From: an uncultured Actinomycetota bacterium
Lineage (GTDB): Bacteria > Actinomycetota > Actinomycetes > Mycobacteriales > Mycobacteriaceae
DNA: 64,000 bases
NCBI GenBank assembly: GCA_963809085.1
Contig: CAWEII010000024.1
Span: 6,951 to 70,950 of the forward strand
Direction: 5' to 3'
Within the stretch, counting starts at the first letter, position 1; the number at the start of each line of letters is the position of its first letter. The position numbers and the translations under genes are program-made. Below, piece by piece: positions 1-10,214 of this stretch. Below the pieces are notes generated by a model. It searched no databases, was not told the origin of the DNA, and was given only the letters and a program-made list of their open reading frames with translations.

Positions 1-2660
1 GCATCGGCAAGGTGTTCGGTGAGTTCGATTCCGACAGTGCCGCGACGGTGGTGCTCGAAGGCGACCAGCCTCTCGGGACCGACGCGCACCGCTACTACGA
101 CGAACTGGTCAAGCGGTTCGAGGCCGACCCCAAGCACATCGAGCACGTGCAGGACTTCTGGGGCGACCCGCTGACAGCGGCAGGCTCGCAGAGCCCCGAC
201 GGCAAGGCCGCCTACGTCCAGGTGTTCCTCTCCGGGAACCAGGGTGAGGCGTTGTCGCTGGAGTCGGTCGACTCGCTGCGCCAGATCATCGCCAAGACGC
301 CTGCGCCGCCGGGCATCCATGCCTATGTCGCGGGCTCGGCAGCTCAGATCGCCGATCAGTTCGAGGTGGGCAACGCGAGCACCGTGCCGGTCACCCTGTT
401 GACCGTCGGGGTGATCGCGCTGATGTTGCTCATCGTGTATCGCTCGCCGGTCACGATGATCCTGGCGCTGGTCACGGTGCTCATCGAGATGTCCGCGGCG
501 CGCGGGATCGTCGCGTTCCTGGCGAACGCGGGTGTCATCGGCCTGTCGACGTATTCGACCAACATCCTCACCCTCCTGGTCATCGCGGCAGGCACCGACT
601 ACATGATCTTCCTGCTCGGCCGCTATCACGAGCGTCGCAACGAAGGCTTCGACCGGGAGGCCGCCTTCTACGACATGTACCGCGGGACGTCGCACGTGAT
701 CCTCGGCTCCGGGCTGACCATCGCCGGCGCGGCGTTCTGCCTGTCCTTCACCCGAATGCCGTACTTTCAGAGCCTCGGGATTCCGGCAGCGATCGGCGTC
801 CTCGTGTCACTGGTCGCCTCGCTGACTCTGGCGCCGGCGGTGGTGGTGGTGGGCAGCCGGTTCGGTCTGCTGAACCCCAAGCGCAGGACCGCCAAGCGGG
901 GCTGGCGGCGGATCGGAACGGCCATCGTGCGATGGCCCGGACCGATCCTGATCGCCACGCTGGCGCTCGCCTTCGTCGGACTCGCCGCGCTGTCCGGCTA
1001 CCAGGTGAGTTACGACATCGGCGGGTACATGCCGGCCCGGACGCCGTCCAACGTCGGCTACGCGGCCGCGGAGCGGCACTTCTCGAAGGCGCGGCTGAAT
1101 CCCGAAATGCTGATGATCGAAACCGACCACGATCTGCGCAATCCCACCGACATGATCCTGTTGGAGCGGGTGGCCAAGGCGGTCTTCCACACCGACGGCA
1201 TCGCCCAGGTGCAATCGATCACCCGGCCGTTGGGTACGCCCCTGGACCACACGTCGATCCCGTTCCAGATCAGCACGTCGAGCGCCGCCCAGCTCAACAA
1301 CCTGCCCTTTCAGCAGGACCGCGCCGCCGACCTGCTCAAGCAGGTCGGCGTCATCAACGACTCGATCGACGTCCTGCGGCAGCAATATGCGCTGCAGCAG
1401 CAGTCCAGCGCCGTCACCGACGAGCAGGCACAGGCGTTCAAACAGACGGTCGCCACGGCTCAGGACCTGCGCGACAAGATCGCCAACTTCGACGACTTCT
1501 TCCGGCCACTGCGCAACTACTTCTATTGGGAGCCACACTGTTTCGACATCCCGGTGTGCTGGGCGTTGCGGTCGCTGTTCGACGCGCTCGACGGCATCGA
1601 TGAGTTGACCGACCAGCTGGCCAACGTGTCGGCAAGCATCACCAAGCTCGACGAACTGCAGCCGAAGCTGCTCGCGCTGATCCCGCCCCAGATCGCGAAC
1701 CAACAGACCAACCGCGACCTGACGATGACGAACTACGCCACCACCTCGGGCATCGACGACCAGACCCAGGCGGCACTGCAGAACTCGACAGCCCTGGGCC
1801 AGGCCTACGACGCGTCGAAGACCGACGACTCCTTCTATCTGCCGCCGGAGGCGTTCAGCAACCCCGAATTCCAACGCGGGCTCAAGCTGTTCCTCTCCCC
1901 CGACGGCAAGGCCGCGCGGATGATCATCACCCACGACGGAGACCCAGCGACGGCCGAGGGCATCTCGCACATCGACCCGATCAGGCACGCCGCCCAGGAG
2001 GCCATGAAGGGAACACCGTTGGCCGGGTCGAAGATCTACATCGGCGGTACGGCGGCCACGTACAAGGACATTCGGGAGATGGCCCACTACGACCTGATCA
2101 TCGCCGGCATCGCCTCGCTCAGCCTCATCCTGCTGATCATGATGTTCATCACGCGCAGCCTGGTCGCCGCGGTGGTCATCGTGGGCACGGTAGCCCTCTC
2201 GTTGGGGGCCTCGGTCGGCCTGTCGGTGCTGGTGTGGCAGGACCTCCTGGGTATCCAGTTGTATTGGGTGATCCTGCCTTTGTCCGTCATCCTGCTACTC
2301 GCCGTGGGGTCGGACTACAACCTGCTGCTGGTGTCCCGGTTCAAGGAGGAGATCCACGCCGGCATCAACACCGGCATCATCCGCTCCATGGCGGGCAGCG
2401 GCTCGGTGGTGACCGCTGCCGGACTGGTGTTCGCCTTCACCATGACGTCGTTCATCTACAGCGACCTGCGCGCGCTTGGCCAGATCGGCACGACGATCGC
2501 GCTGGGCCTGCTGTTCGACACGCTGATCGTCCGTTCGTTCATGACACCGTCCATCGCCGCGCTGCTCGGGCGGTGGTTCTGGTGGCCGGTGCGGGTGCGC
2601 CCACGGCCGGTACCGCAGAAGTTCGGCGACGACGACATGCGCCAGCTTTCGCTGTTCTGA
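1..2660 (+). CDS. mmpL: MmpL-family RND transporter (5' end outside window)
   Basis: IGKVFGEFDSDS, QDFWGDPLTA, AGTDY and GSDYNLLLVSRFKEE TM motifs, PLRNYFYWEPHC, C-terminal LGRWFWWP; frame open to window start. Confidence 0.95.
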   Translation, partial: IGKVFGEFDSDSAATVVLEGDQPLGTDAHRYYDELVKRFEADPKHIEHVQDFWGDPLTAAGSQSPDGKAAYVQVFLSGNQGEALSLESVDSLRQIIAKTPAPPGIHAYVAGSAAQIADQFEVGNASTVPVTLLTVGVIALMLLIVYRSPVTMILALVTVLIEMSAARGIVAFLANAGVIGLSTYSTNILTLLVIAAGTDYMIFLLGRYHERRNEGFDREAAFYDMYRGTSHVILGSGLTIAGAAFCLSFTRMPYFQSLGIPAAIGVLVSLVASLTLAPAVVVVGSRFGLLNPKRRTAKRGWRRIGTAIVRWPGPILIATLALAFVGLAALSGYQVSYDIGGYMPARTPSNVGYAAAERHFSKARLNPEMLMIETDHDLRNPTDMILLERVAKAVFHTDGIAQVQSITRPLGTPLDHTSIPFQISTSSAAQLNNLPFQQDRAADLLKQVGVINDSIDVLRQQYALQQQSSAVTDEQAQAFKQTVATAQDLRDKIANFDDFFRPLRNYFYWEPHCFDIPVCWALRSLFDALDGIDELTDQLANVSASITKLDELQPKLLALIPPQIANQQTNRDLTMTNYATTSGIDDQTQAALQNSTALGQAYDASKTDDSFYLPPEAFSNPEFQRGLKLFLSPDGKAARMIITHDGDPATAEGISHIDPIRHAAQEAMKGTPLAGSKIYIGGTAATYKDIREMAHYDLIIAGIASLSLILLIMMFITRSLVAAVVIVGTVALSLGASVGLSVLVWQDLLGIQLYWVILPLSVILLLAVGSDYNLLLVSRFKEEIHAGINTGIIRSMAGSGSVVTAAGLVFAFTMTSFIYSDLRALGQIGTTIALGLLFDTLIVRSFMTPSIAALLGRWFWWPVRVRPRPVPQKFGDDDMRQLSLF

Positions 2661-3089
2661 ACGAACGGGTGCCGCACCGACCATGTGGGCTCTTCGCCGG
2701 ATAGATTGCCGTTTCTGGCGGCGCCAGCATATGTTGCCGCGCCACGGAAGCACGTTCCCCGAGCAATTCAGCGCGGTTCCAGCGCCGGGGTCTCCGGCTC
2801 ATTCGGCTCGCGCGGCATCTGGTGCCGAATGTGGCTGCCAGCAGCAGTGGTGAGCCGAAGATCCGGATGCGAGCGACCAGAGCACGCCGGTGACCTCATC
2901 CAGAATCGAGTTGCGGTCGATGACAGCGCTCGACGATGTCTAGGTTGGTTATTCACCATCTTCCTGCGAACACGTCTTTTCCTGATACCGCTCGGTGCGA
3001 AAGAACGACAGGTGTTTCCACCGAATCCATGAGACCGTGCGCACCCATGGAATCAGTGGGAGGTGTTGCTTAGCAGTCTAACTGGGCGT

Positions 3090-3470
3090 GTTCGCGACTG
3101 CCTCGATGACGCGGTAGCTGCCGCGCCGAGCCTTGACACCAACGGTCCGTAGTCCGGCCTCGGTGATCAATGATTGGAAGTGGGGTAGGTCGCGTTCCTG
3201 CCGGCGAGCGAAGAAAGCATCACCAGATCCACGAGGGCCGCATCCAGGCTGGCTGCATTGTCCTCAACGACCATCTCAACGATGAACAGTCGCGTTGCCG
3301 GCGATTCCGTGCACCCTTTGCGCCGGTCCCCTTCGCTGGGCCTCTTCGGCAACACCGGGAATGACGTGCTCAAGGTCAAGAACCGCACCCGTCAATTGGG
3401 AGTTTCACTCCACCCGTTCGCAGACGAAGGATCCACCGGGCATGGGCGTTGTAGAAAATGCGCCGTGCGT
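3090..3470 (-). pseudogene. Degraded O-methyltransferase remnant (approximate bounds)
   Basis: Fragments GAVLDLEHVIP and RLFIVEMVV..AALVDLVML..GR in different frames resemble the C-terminal half of class I O-methyltransferases. Confidence 0.4.
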
Positions 3471-3533
3471 CGTCGGCTGCTGAGTGATCCTGGACGAACC
3501 TGGTCGCAATGCATCTCGACCTCATCGATTTGG

Positions 3534-3645
3534 TTGACCGCTGCTTACCGCAAGGTGATCAATCGCGACAAACTTTTCTACTCTGAGCTGTCACACCCGC
3601 AGGGGCTACCTCGTCTCCCTGATGACAACGAGACGACCAAGGGAA
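3534..3645 (+). repeat. Diverged inverted copy of the sigJ 3' end plus downstream promoter (partner about 8865-8975, minus strand)
   Basis: ttgaccgctgcttaccgcaaggtgatcaatcgcgacaaac...ctgagctgtcacacccgcaggggctacctcgtctccctgatgacaacgagacgac aligns by eye to the reverse complement of 8865-8975. Confidence 0.85.
3589..3615 (+). promoter_or_regulatory. ECF41/SigJ-type promoter TGTCACA-N16-CGTC upstream of the FAD oxidoreductase
   Basis: tgtcaca-cccgcaggggctacct-cgtc, exact match to the ECF41 consensus. Confidence 0.7.
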
Positions 3646-3858
3646 CTCGCGAGAAGTGCGATCGCTCATGCAGTGCTGCTTATCCGGGTACGACTGTTCA
3701 CTCCCGGACAGCTGGACTGGCGGGGCACCGACAAATATCTCCCCGGAACGACGATCCTCGGCGTAACGGAAAACTGAACACGGTCACCCAACGGGCGCAA
3801 CCCCCCGCACGCGAAGCGAACCCACCGGAGCAAACCGCGCCAGCGGATTGAAGGAATC

Positions 3859-5238
3859 ATGACGACCGCACAGCAGCTCGAAGGCTCTGCATTGGCCGAC
3901 CTACGTGAAAGACTGGCAGGGACAGTGGCTCTGCCCAATGAGGCGGGATACGAATTGAGCGCACCGTGGAATCAATCGGTCACGATGTGCCCTGCGGCCG
4001 CGGTTTGCGCGGCCCATGCCGATGACGTCGCCGTGGCGGTGCAATGGGCCTCGTCCAACGGCTTCCGCGTGGCCGTCCAGCTGAGCGGTCACGGCGCAGT
4101 ACCTTACGGCGAGGACGTACTTCTGATACATACGGGCCGACTACAGCGGTGCGAGATCAGCGGTGACCAGCACACCGCCAAGGTGGGTGCGGGCGTCTCA
4201 TCACAGCAACTGATCGATGCCGCCGCGCCATTCGGTTTGGCGCCGCCAGTCGGGACCTCTGGCGACGTCGGGTTTGTCGGCTTCCTCAGCGGTGGGGGGA
4301 TCGGGCCGATGGCCGCCACCTTTGGGTTGTCGTCCGATTATGTGCGGTCACTCGACGTCGTAACCGGGCAGGGGGAGAAGTATCACGTCAGCGAATCCGA
4401 GCATGGCGATCTGTTTTGGGGGTTACGGGGTAGTAAGGCCACATTGGGAATCATTACCGAGGTCGAAATCGAACTACCCTTTCTGACGACCTTCTACGCG
4501 GGCGCGCTGTACTTTGACGGTGCCGACTTCTCGGAGGTGCTACAGGCGTGGGCGCAGTGGTCAGACTCACTGCCCAACCTTGCGGCGACGGCGCTGTCGG
4601 TGCTCCAACTGCCCGACATGCCATCTGTTGCACCCGAACTAGCCGGACGTCTGGCAGTCGCGGTTCGTCTTACCACCCCCGTCTCAGTGACTGCTGCCGA
4701 AAGGCTCCTGGCGCCGATGCGTGCTGTCGCACGACCGATCAAAGACACCATGGCCGAGCGGCCCTACAGCGACATCACCGGTATCTACGACGAGCCCGCA
4801 AATCCTGTGCCAGTGCAGAAGGACCTCACATTGCTGCAATCGTTGCCGCCGGAAGCGGTTGACGCCATGGTCAACACGGCCGGACCTCACTCCGGGTCGC
4901 CAATGCTGGTCGTTGAACTGCGCCGGTTGGGTGGTGCCCTCGCCCGAAGCTCGGCTGCACCAAGTGCATTCAGTCACCGCGAGGCCGAATACATGCTCCT
5001 CACCATTGGACTCAACGTGCCACCGGACCGTCAGATCGTCGCCGACGCTGGCCAGCGCATCCATCGTGCCTTGCGGCCGTGGGCCATTGACGGCATCTTC
5101 GCCAACTTCGTCGCGACCACCAACCAAGACCAGCTGAGGACCGCCTACGATGAACTGTCACTGCGGCGGCTTCAGGCGATGGCTCAACAATACGACCCCC
5201 TAGGCACGCTGGCGACGGTTGGCCAGTTAGCGCGATGA
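3859..5238 (+). CDS. FAD-binding oxidoreductase, VAO/berberine-bridge type
   Basis: SGHG covalent-FAD motif, DLFWGLRG, C-terminal YDP; RBS aagga. Confidence 0.9.
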   Translation: MTTAQQLEGSALADLRERLAGTVALPNEAGYELSAPWNQSVTMCPAAAVCAAHADDVAVAVQWASSNGFRVAVQLSGHGAVPYGEDVLLIHTGRLQRCEISGDQHTAKVGAGVSSQQLIDAAAPFGLAPPVGTSGDVGFVGFLSGGGIGPMAATFGLSSDYVRSLDVVTGQGEKYHVSESEHGDLFWGLRGSKATLGIITEVEIELPFLTTFYAGALYFDGADFSEVLQAWAQWSDSLPNLAATALSVLQLPDMPSVAPELAGRLAVAVRLTTPVSVTAAERLLAPMRAVARPIKDTMAERPYSDITGIYDEPANPVPVQKDLTLLQSLPPEAVDAMVNTAGPHSGSPMLVVELRRLGGALARSSAAPSAFSHREAEYMLLTIGLNVPPDRQIVADAGQRIHRALRPWAIDGIFANFVATTNQDQLRTAYDELSLRRLQAMAQQYDPLGTLATVGQLAR

Positions 5239-5511
5239 AAACCGATGATGTGTATTGGAGGTTCTGTTGGTCCAGTGATATGGCGCGTGACATCCGCCAA
5301 GAGGTCATTTTCTGAAAACCGACGCGCGCGTACGGCACCTCCGCTCGTGCTACCGCTACCTTCCTGAAAGAACATCCATGCCAAACAACACTTTTGCGCA
5401 TTCTGCGACAGATCAGTACACGATTCGCTTCCGGAACTCACCATCGTCGGCTGCGGCGCCCGCTCTGCTTGCGATTCCCTGCCGGCTCGCATCGGTTAGG
5501 GGAATCTGACC

Positions 5512-5922
5512 ATGCTGGGTTACGGAAACGTCAAGAAAACAGATCTCCTCAGTGCCACTCCCCCTCCCATGCCCGATGGATCGCATGCGATGACACAACT
5601 CCTCGAACTGCCACCGGCCGACCCCGGAGTCGCGCCGCATCGCCATTCCGGGCCGGTTTTCGGATACGTACTGGAGGGCAAGATGCTCTTCGAGCTGGAG
5701 GGTGAAGAGCCCCGGGTAATCGTTGCGGGCGAGGCCTTCTGGGAACCTGGCGGCGACGTCGTGCACTACCAAATCGCCAATGCGGACCCAGACGACTGGC
5801 TCCGGCTCATCGCTGTGTGCATCTGCACTCCCGGTGTCGCCATGGTCACCATGCTCGAGCCAGAAGAAATCGTGGCCCGCGATCACCTACGCCACCCGAG
5901 TGCCCGCCAGCACAGTAACTAG
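5512..5922 (+). CDS. Cupin domain protein
   Basis: PHRHSGPVFGYVLEG...GEAFWEPGGDVVH cupin motifs; RBS agggga. Confidence 0.85.
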   Translation: MLGYGNVKKTDLLSATPPPMPDGSHAMTQLLELPPADPGVAPHRHSGPVFGYVLEGKMLFELEGEEPRVIVAGEAFWEPGGDVVHYQIANADPDDWLRLIAVCICTPGVAMVTMLEPEEIVARDHLRHPSARQHSN

Positions 5923-6266
5923 CTGCGCGTCCCTCACAGCTTGGGTACGCGGCTGGTAGATGGCCGGCCTCCGAGGCGGTGTGGCCGCGACGCTGATCGA
6001 GGGTGTGTCGCCACGCCTCAACGTCACGGCGACGGGACCCGAGCAGCATGCACACATCATCGACGGCATGCTAGCGGGGTCACGGTAGCCGTTGTTGCGG
6101 AAGCGAACCGAACTGTCAAGCGCCGGCGGCATCGACGCCATACCCGACCACGGACCCCGACCACCAAATACTGCGTGATGAGCCCATTGACCCAATACGC
6201 GAGATTGGAGTCGGCGGGTCTCCAGCGAACGCTGCAGTGCGTGTATGAGGGGCTCGGCAGCCGGAA

Positions 6267-7634
6267 TCACAACGACGTCGCGGCTACGCCGTCGGCAATG
6301 TCGGTGGCCATGGTAGGCCGCAGCGCCGTGGCCGCCGCTGCACCAACCAAGCAGGCCGAGCCCAGCACGCCGAAGACCGCAGGCACCCCCCAGGCTGCCG
6401 CGGCGAGCACGCCGACCACGAGGGGACCCACGAAGGACCCGATGCGTCCGAATCCCATTGCCCAGCCAACCCCCGTCGAGCGGATCGCGGTCGAATAGCC
6501 CACGGCGGCAATTGCGATCACCCCCGAGCTCGCACACCCCAATCCGAGACCGACGAACATTTCCATCACGGTGACTCCGACTGCCGACGGCGCAACCAAT
6601 CCGACCCCAGCGATTCCCGCGGCAGCCACCAAGAACGCGGCGGGCAGCACGCGGCGGGCACCCAGGCTGGTCAGCAACCAGCCACCTGCAGCAGTGGCGA
6701 TGACGCTTGCGGAGTTGAACAATGCGAGCGCGAGTGCCGTGCGGGCGACTGGAAGACCGACCGGCGCAAGCAACGTAGGCGCCCACGACGAATTGATGAC
6801 CAAGACACCGAAGACCACGAACGAAGCCGTCCACACCAACACCGTCGGGAGCCGGTGGCCGTTGGCGAGGAGCTGGCCGACCGGCGAGCTCGGACCGCTG
6901 GTACCAAGCTCTGATACCAGCCGATGCGGCTCGACGGTGATGTCGGGGACGATACGCGCCATCGCCCGCCTGATGCGCGCATCTGGCGCCCGCCGGTGCA
7001 CGAGAAAGGTCAGCGACTCCGGCAACACCACTATCAGGAGCACGACCGTTGCGAGCGGGCCGACACCGCCCACGATGAACAGGCCGCGCCAGCCGGCGGC
7101 GGCGATCAACGCGCTACCCAGTAGGCCGGCCAGCACACCACCCAAGGGAAAGCCGGCAAAGAGCACGCCAGCAATAGCTCCTCGTCGCCGCGGTGGCACC
7201 AGCTCCGAGGCCAAACTGACAGAGCACACGACTGCGGTGCCAAGGCCGAGCCCGGTGAGGAATCTATAGAGCAGCAGCAGCGCGACGGTGCCTGCAGTCG
7301 GGGTGGCCAGCGTGAAGATGGCGAAGTCGACGACAGCGACCACCAGTACGGTCTTGCGGCCGAAACGGTCAGCACAAGGGGCGAGGCCAAGACTTCCTAC
7401 GGCGAGCCCGGCAACGGCTGCGGAGAACACCAAACCGAGTGCGCCGGAGGGGATGTGCATCGTCGCGGTGATCGACGGCGCGGCCAGACCGATGATCTGG
7501 AGGTCAAAACCGTCGAACAGGGCGACTAGAGCACACAACAGCATCCCCGCCACGCGCACGGGTGTGAGGCGGCTGTTCTCGATGAGCGCCTCGACATTGA
7601 CCGGCTCGGAGTGGAGCGACTCGGAGTTGGACAA
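6267..7634 (-). CDS. MFS transporter, aromatic acid:H+ symporter (PcaK/MhpT-like)
   Basis: DGFD, ADRFGRK, LPES, RSTGVGWAMGFGRIG; TTG start with gagggag RBS. Confidence 0.9.
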   Translation of the reverse strand: MSNSESLHSEPVNVEALIENSRLTPVRVAGMLLCALVALFDGFDLQIIGLAAPSITATMHIPSGALGLVFSAAVAGLAVGSLGLAPCADRFGRKTVLVVAVVDFAIFTLATPTAGTVALLLLYRFLTGLGLGTAVVCSVSLASELVPPRRRGAIAGVLFAGFPLGGVLAGLLGSALIAAAGWRGLFIVGGVGPLATVVLLIVVLPESLTFLVHRRAPDARIRRAMARIVPDITVEPHRLVSELGTSGPSSPVGQLLANGHRLPTVLVWTASFVVFGVLVINSSWAPTLLAPVGLPVARTALALALFNSASVIATAAGGWLLTSLGARRVLPAAFLVAAAGIAGVGLVAPSAVGVTVMEMFVGLGLGCASSGVIAIAAVGYSTAIRSTGVGWAMGFGRIGSFVGPLVVGVLAAAAWGVPAVFGVLGSACLVGAAAATALRPTMATDIADGVAATSL

Positions 7635-7963
7635 AATGCACTCCCTCGTAACTAAACGCTGCAGTAGTCCGTGGGCTGCGGCAAATCAGCTCCACGAAGA
7701 GGCGCGGGCATCCACCGCAACGTGTTGCATGAACGGCTGCCGAACGAAACTGCAAGCTCGGCGGACGGTGTGGTTCGGTGACGCAGTCTTGCAGGCGTGC
7801 ACGCTCAGCCACCGTGCCAAGCGCCCGTATCAGTACGTATGTCGTTGCATTGGCCGTCTCCCGTCACATCACCAAACTTCGACGAGGAGCCAATGTACCC
7901 GCAGCAGTCCCTCAAACCCTAGCGTTCGTTCACATTGTGATGCAGCGTGTTTCGAGTACATCG

Positions 7964-8019
7964 AGAAGTACGTCCTCGCCGTAGGGTACAGCGCCGTGAC
8001 CTCTCGTCTGGACGGCCAC
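7964..8019 (-). repeat. 56-bp inverted copy of 4069-4124 (FAD-oxidase GHG motif); paralog remnant
   Basis: 51/56 identical by manual comparison; encodes VAVQTRGHGAVPYGEDVLL versus VAVQLSGHGAVPYGEDVLL. Confidence 0.85.
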
Positions 8020-8259
8020 ACTTTCGAGTTGATCTCGATCACACCAAACCTTGGCCGACGCGACGCGCTGCTTCGACCGATGGTGATCGGCGGACTCGAC
8101 GAGGGGATGGTCCGGCCGCTCAACCAGGGGCAGCGGCACCCACCGGATAGCCGCTAGACATCACGTTGATTCTCAATCACGTTGTTCAGTCACAGCTCTG
8201 ATCACGGGTTGGTGTGTGGTGTAGGGCGCGGCCTAGTCTTCTAGCCGCTGAGGGTCTGG

Positions 8260-8718
8260 TCAGCCGGCAACGTGGTACCGGCTGGTGATCGCGACGCGGT
8301 TGAAGGCGTTCATCACCGTGGCAAGCCAGGTGACGGCCGAGATCTGGTCTGCGGTGAGTGCGGCCGCGGCGGTGTTGTAGTCCTCGTCACTGACGTGCCC
8401 GTCCGACACACGGGTGATCGCCTCGGTCAGACGGAGGGCGGCGCGGTCGGTCTCGGAGAAGTAGCCGGTCTCTTCCCACGCGGGGAGCACGGCGATCCGG
8501 GCCGGGTCTTCCCCGAGCTTGAGCGCTTCTCCGGTGTGCATGCGCAGGCAAAACGCGCAGCCGTTGATCTGGGATGTGCGGATCTTCAGCAACTCGACCA
8601 GCAGCGGGTCGAGGCCTGCTGCGGCGGCGTTGCCTTCCACTTCCGCCGACAGGGCGATGAGGGTCTTGTAGGCAGCCGGGTGCTGGGTGTTGACGGATAC
8701 GCGCTGTGTGGTGGTCAT
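8260..8718 (-). CDS. Carboxymuconolactone decarboxylase/AhpD-family protein
   Basis: ELLKIRTSQINGCAFCLRMH CxxC motif; start at MTTTQR with gaagga RBS; typical ECF41 neighbour. Confidence 0.9.
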   Translation of the reverse strand: MTTTQRVSVNTQHPAAYKTLIALSAEVEGNAAAAGLDPLLVELLKIRTSQINGCAFCLRMHTGEALKLGEDPARIAVLPAWEETGYFSETDRAALRLTEAITRVSDGHVSDEDYNTAAAALTADQISAVTWLATVMNAFNRVAITSRYHVAG

Positions 8719-8892
8719 GGTTCCTTCGATTCGTTGGTGCGGTCTGCGGTGGTGGGGTTCACTTCGGGCGGGTCGTAGTGGCCGGTTGGTGTGGCTGGTG
8801 TTCTCGTCGTCGAGCTGGCTGCGCACGGTCGGAAGGGTCTGCCCCAGAAGCGGTCAGGGGTGGTTCCTTCGTCGTCTCGTTCTCATCAGGGA

Positions 8893-8919
8893 GACGAGGT
8901 GGCCCCTGCGGATGTGACA
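8893..8919 (-). promoter_or_regulatory. ECF41/SigJ promoter TGTCACA-N16-CGTC driving the AhpD-like gene
   Basis: tgtcaca-tccgcaggggccacct-cgtc immediately after the sigJ stop codon. Confidence 0.75.
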
Positions 8920-8921
8920 GC

Positions 8922-9788
8922 TCAGAGGTGGGAAAGTTTGTCGGGGTTGATGACCCTGCGGTAAGCAGCGATCAATCCGTCGGTGATCTGCACCGTGTCG
9001 ACGGAGTGGACGCGCCCCTGCCGGTAGAACACGAGGGCGAGCTCCCCGCCGACCTCGACGAATTCGATGCGGTCCGGACGCCACTGGCGTCCCACTCGCA
9101 CCATCACCTCGGCGATGCGCTCGCCGCCATGTATGGGCTTGCGTGCCGCCGAGACCTTGCCGCCGCCGTCGGTGACATAGACGGCACCCGGGTGCAGGAG
9201 GCTGACCAGGCCAGCCATATCACCGGACTCGTAGGCGGCGCGGAAGGTGCGCAGCACGCGTGCGCGCTCCGCCTTCGATACCTGCGGCGCGGACTGCTTC
9301 GCCTTGGCCACTCGCCGTCGCGCCCGCGAGGCGAGCTGCCGGGCACCCGGCACGGAGACGTCCAGCATTTCCGCGATGCGGCCGAACTCCATACCGAAGA
9401 CATCGTGCATGACGAGGGCCACTCGCTCCGGCGGGCTGAGCTCCTCCATGATCAGCAACATCGCCGAGCTGACGGACTCGTCGACGAGGACCGGCTCCGA
9501 CGCGTCCGGCCCTGTCAGCAGCGGTTCGGGCAGCCACGGCCCCAGATAGGTCTCGCGGCGTACGCGGGCACTCTTGAGGATGTCGTAAGACCGTCTCGCG
9601 GCCACCGTGATCAACCAGGCCCGCAGATCATCCACCTTTTCCAGATCCGCTCCGGCCGCCCGCAGCCACGCGTCCTGGGCCACGTCCTCGGCATCGGCCA
9701 CACTCCCAAGCAGCCGGTAGGCGACACCGAATACCGCAGGTCGATGGATCTCCCACTCGGCACCGAGCGTGTCCCGCTGCTCAGACAT
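8922..9788 (-). CDS. sigJ: ECF41-group sigma-70 factor with SnoaL-like extension (SigJ-like)
   Basis: AYRLLGSVADAEDVAQD, YLGPWLPEP, DGGGK and NPDKL motifs diagnostic of ECF41. Confidence 0.92.
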   Translation of the reverse strand: MSEQRDTLGAEWEIHRPAVFGVAYRLLGSVADAEDVAQDAWLRAAGADLEKVDDLRAWLITVAARRSYDILKSARVRRETYLGPWLPEPLLTGPDASEPVLVDESVSSAMLLIMEELSPPERVALVMHDVFGMEFGRIAEMLDVSVPGARQLASRARRRVAKAKQSAPQVSKAERARVLRTFRAAYESGDMAGLVSLLHPGAVYVTDGGGKVSAARKPIHGGERIAEVMVRVGRQWRPDRIEFVEVGGELALVFYRQGRVHSVDTVQITDGLIAAYRRVINPDKLSHL

Positions 9789-10214
9789 GCCCGCCGCCTT
9801 TCTGGTCGCGACCCCGTCCGATGTACGTTGGCAGCGTAGCCGGGCTGTTTGAAGATCGGTATTTCGTCCGACACGGTGCGCTGCAGGCGCAAGGTCTCAA
9901 AGGGGCCTGTCCGCGAGGCGGAATCCTTCAGCTCATCGCCCGAGGGATTCGTGCTCATCGACCTCGCGCCGGAATGTGGCGCGATGGCTCACAGAAGGTG
10001 AAGACACTCGAGAACAAGAATCCTCAGGCACAGCCTTCTCCGTCGAAGCCAGTCGATGCGCTGCGCGACATGATCGCCGAATGGCAATGGACACAACCAA
10101 GCCCGCAGTGCTGCCAACGGTTCAGCCGGACTCACTTTCTGCGGCCACAACGTCCATCTCCCGTCATGGCCGTACCGGCGGCTCGGGACAGTGGACGCGA
10201 GGCCGCGGACTTGG

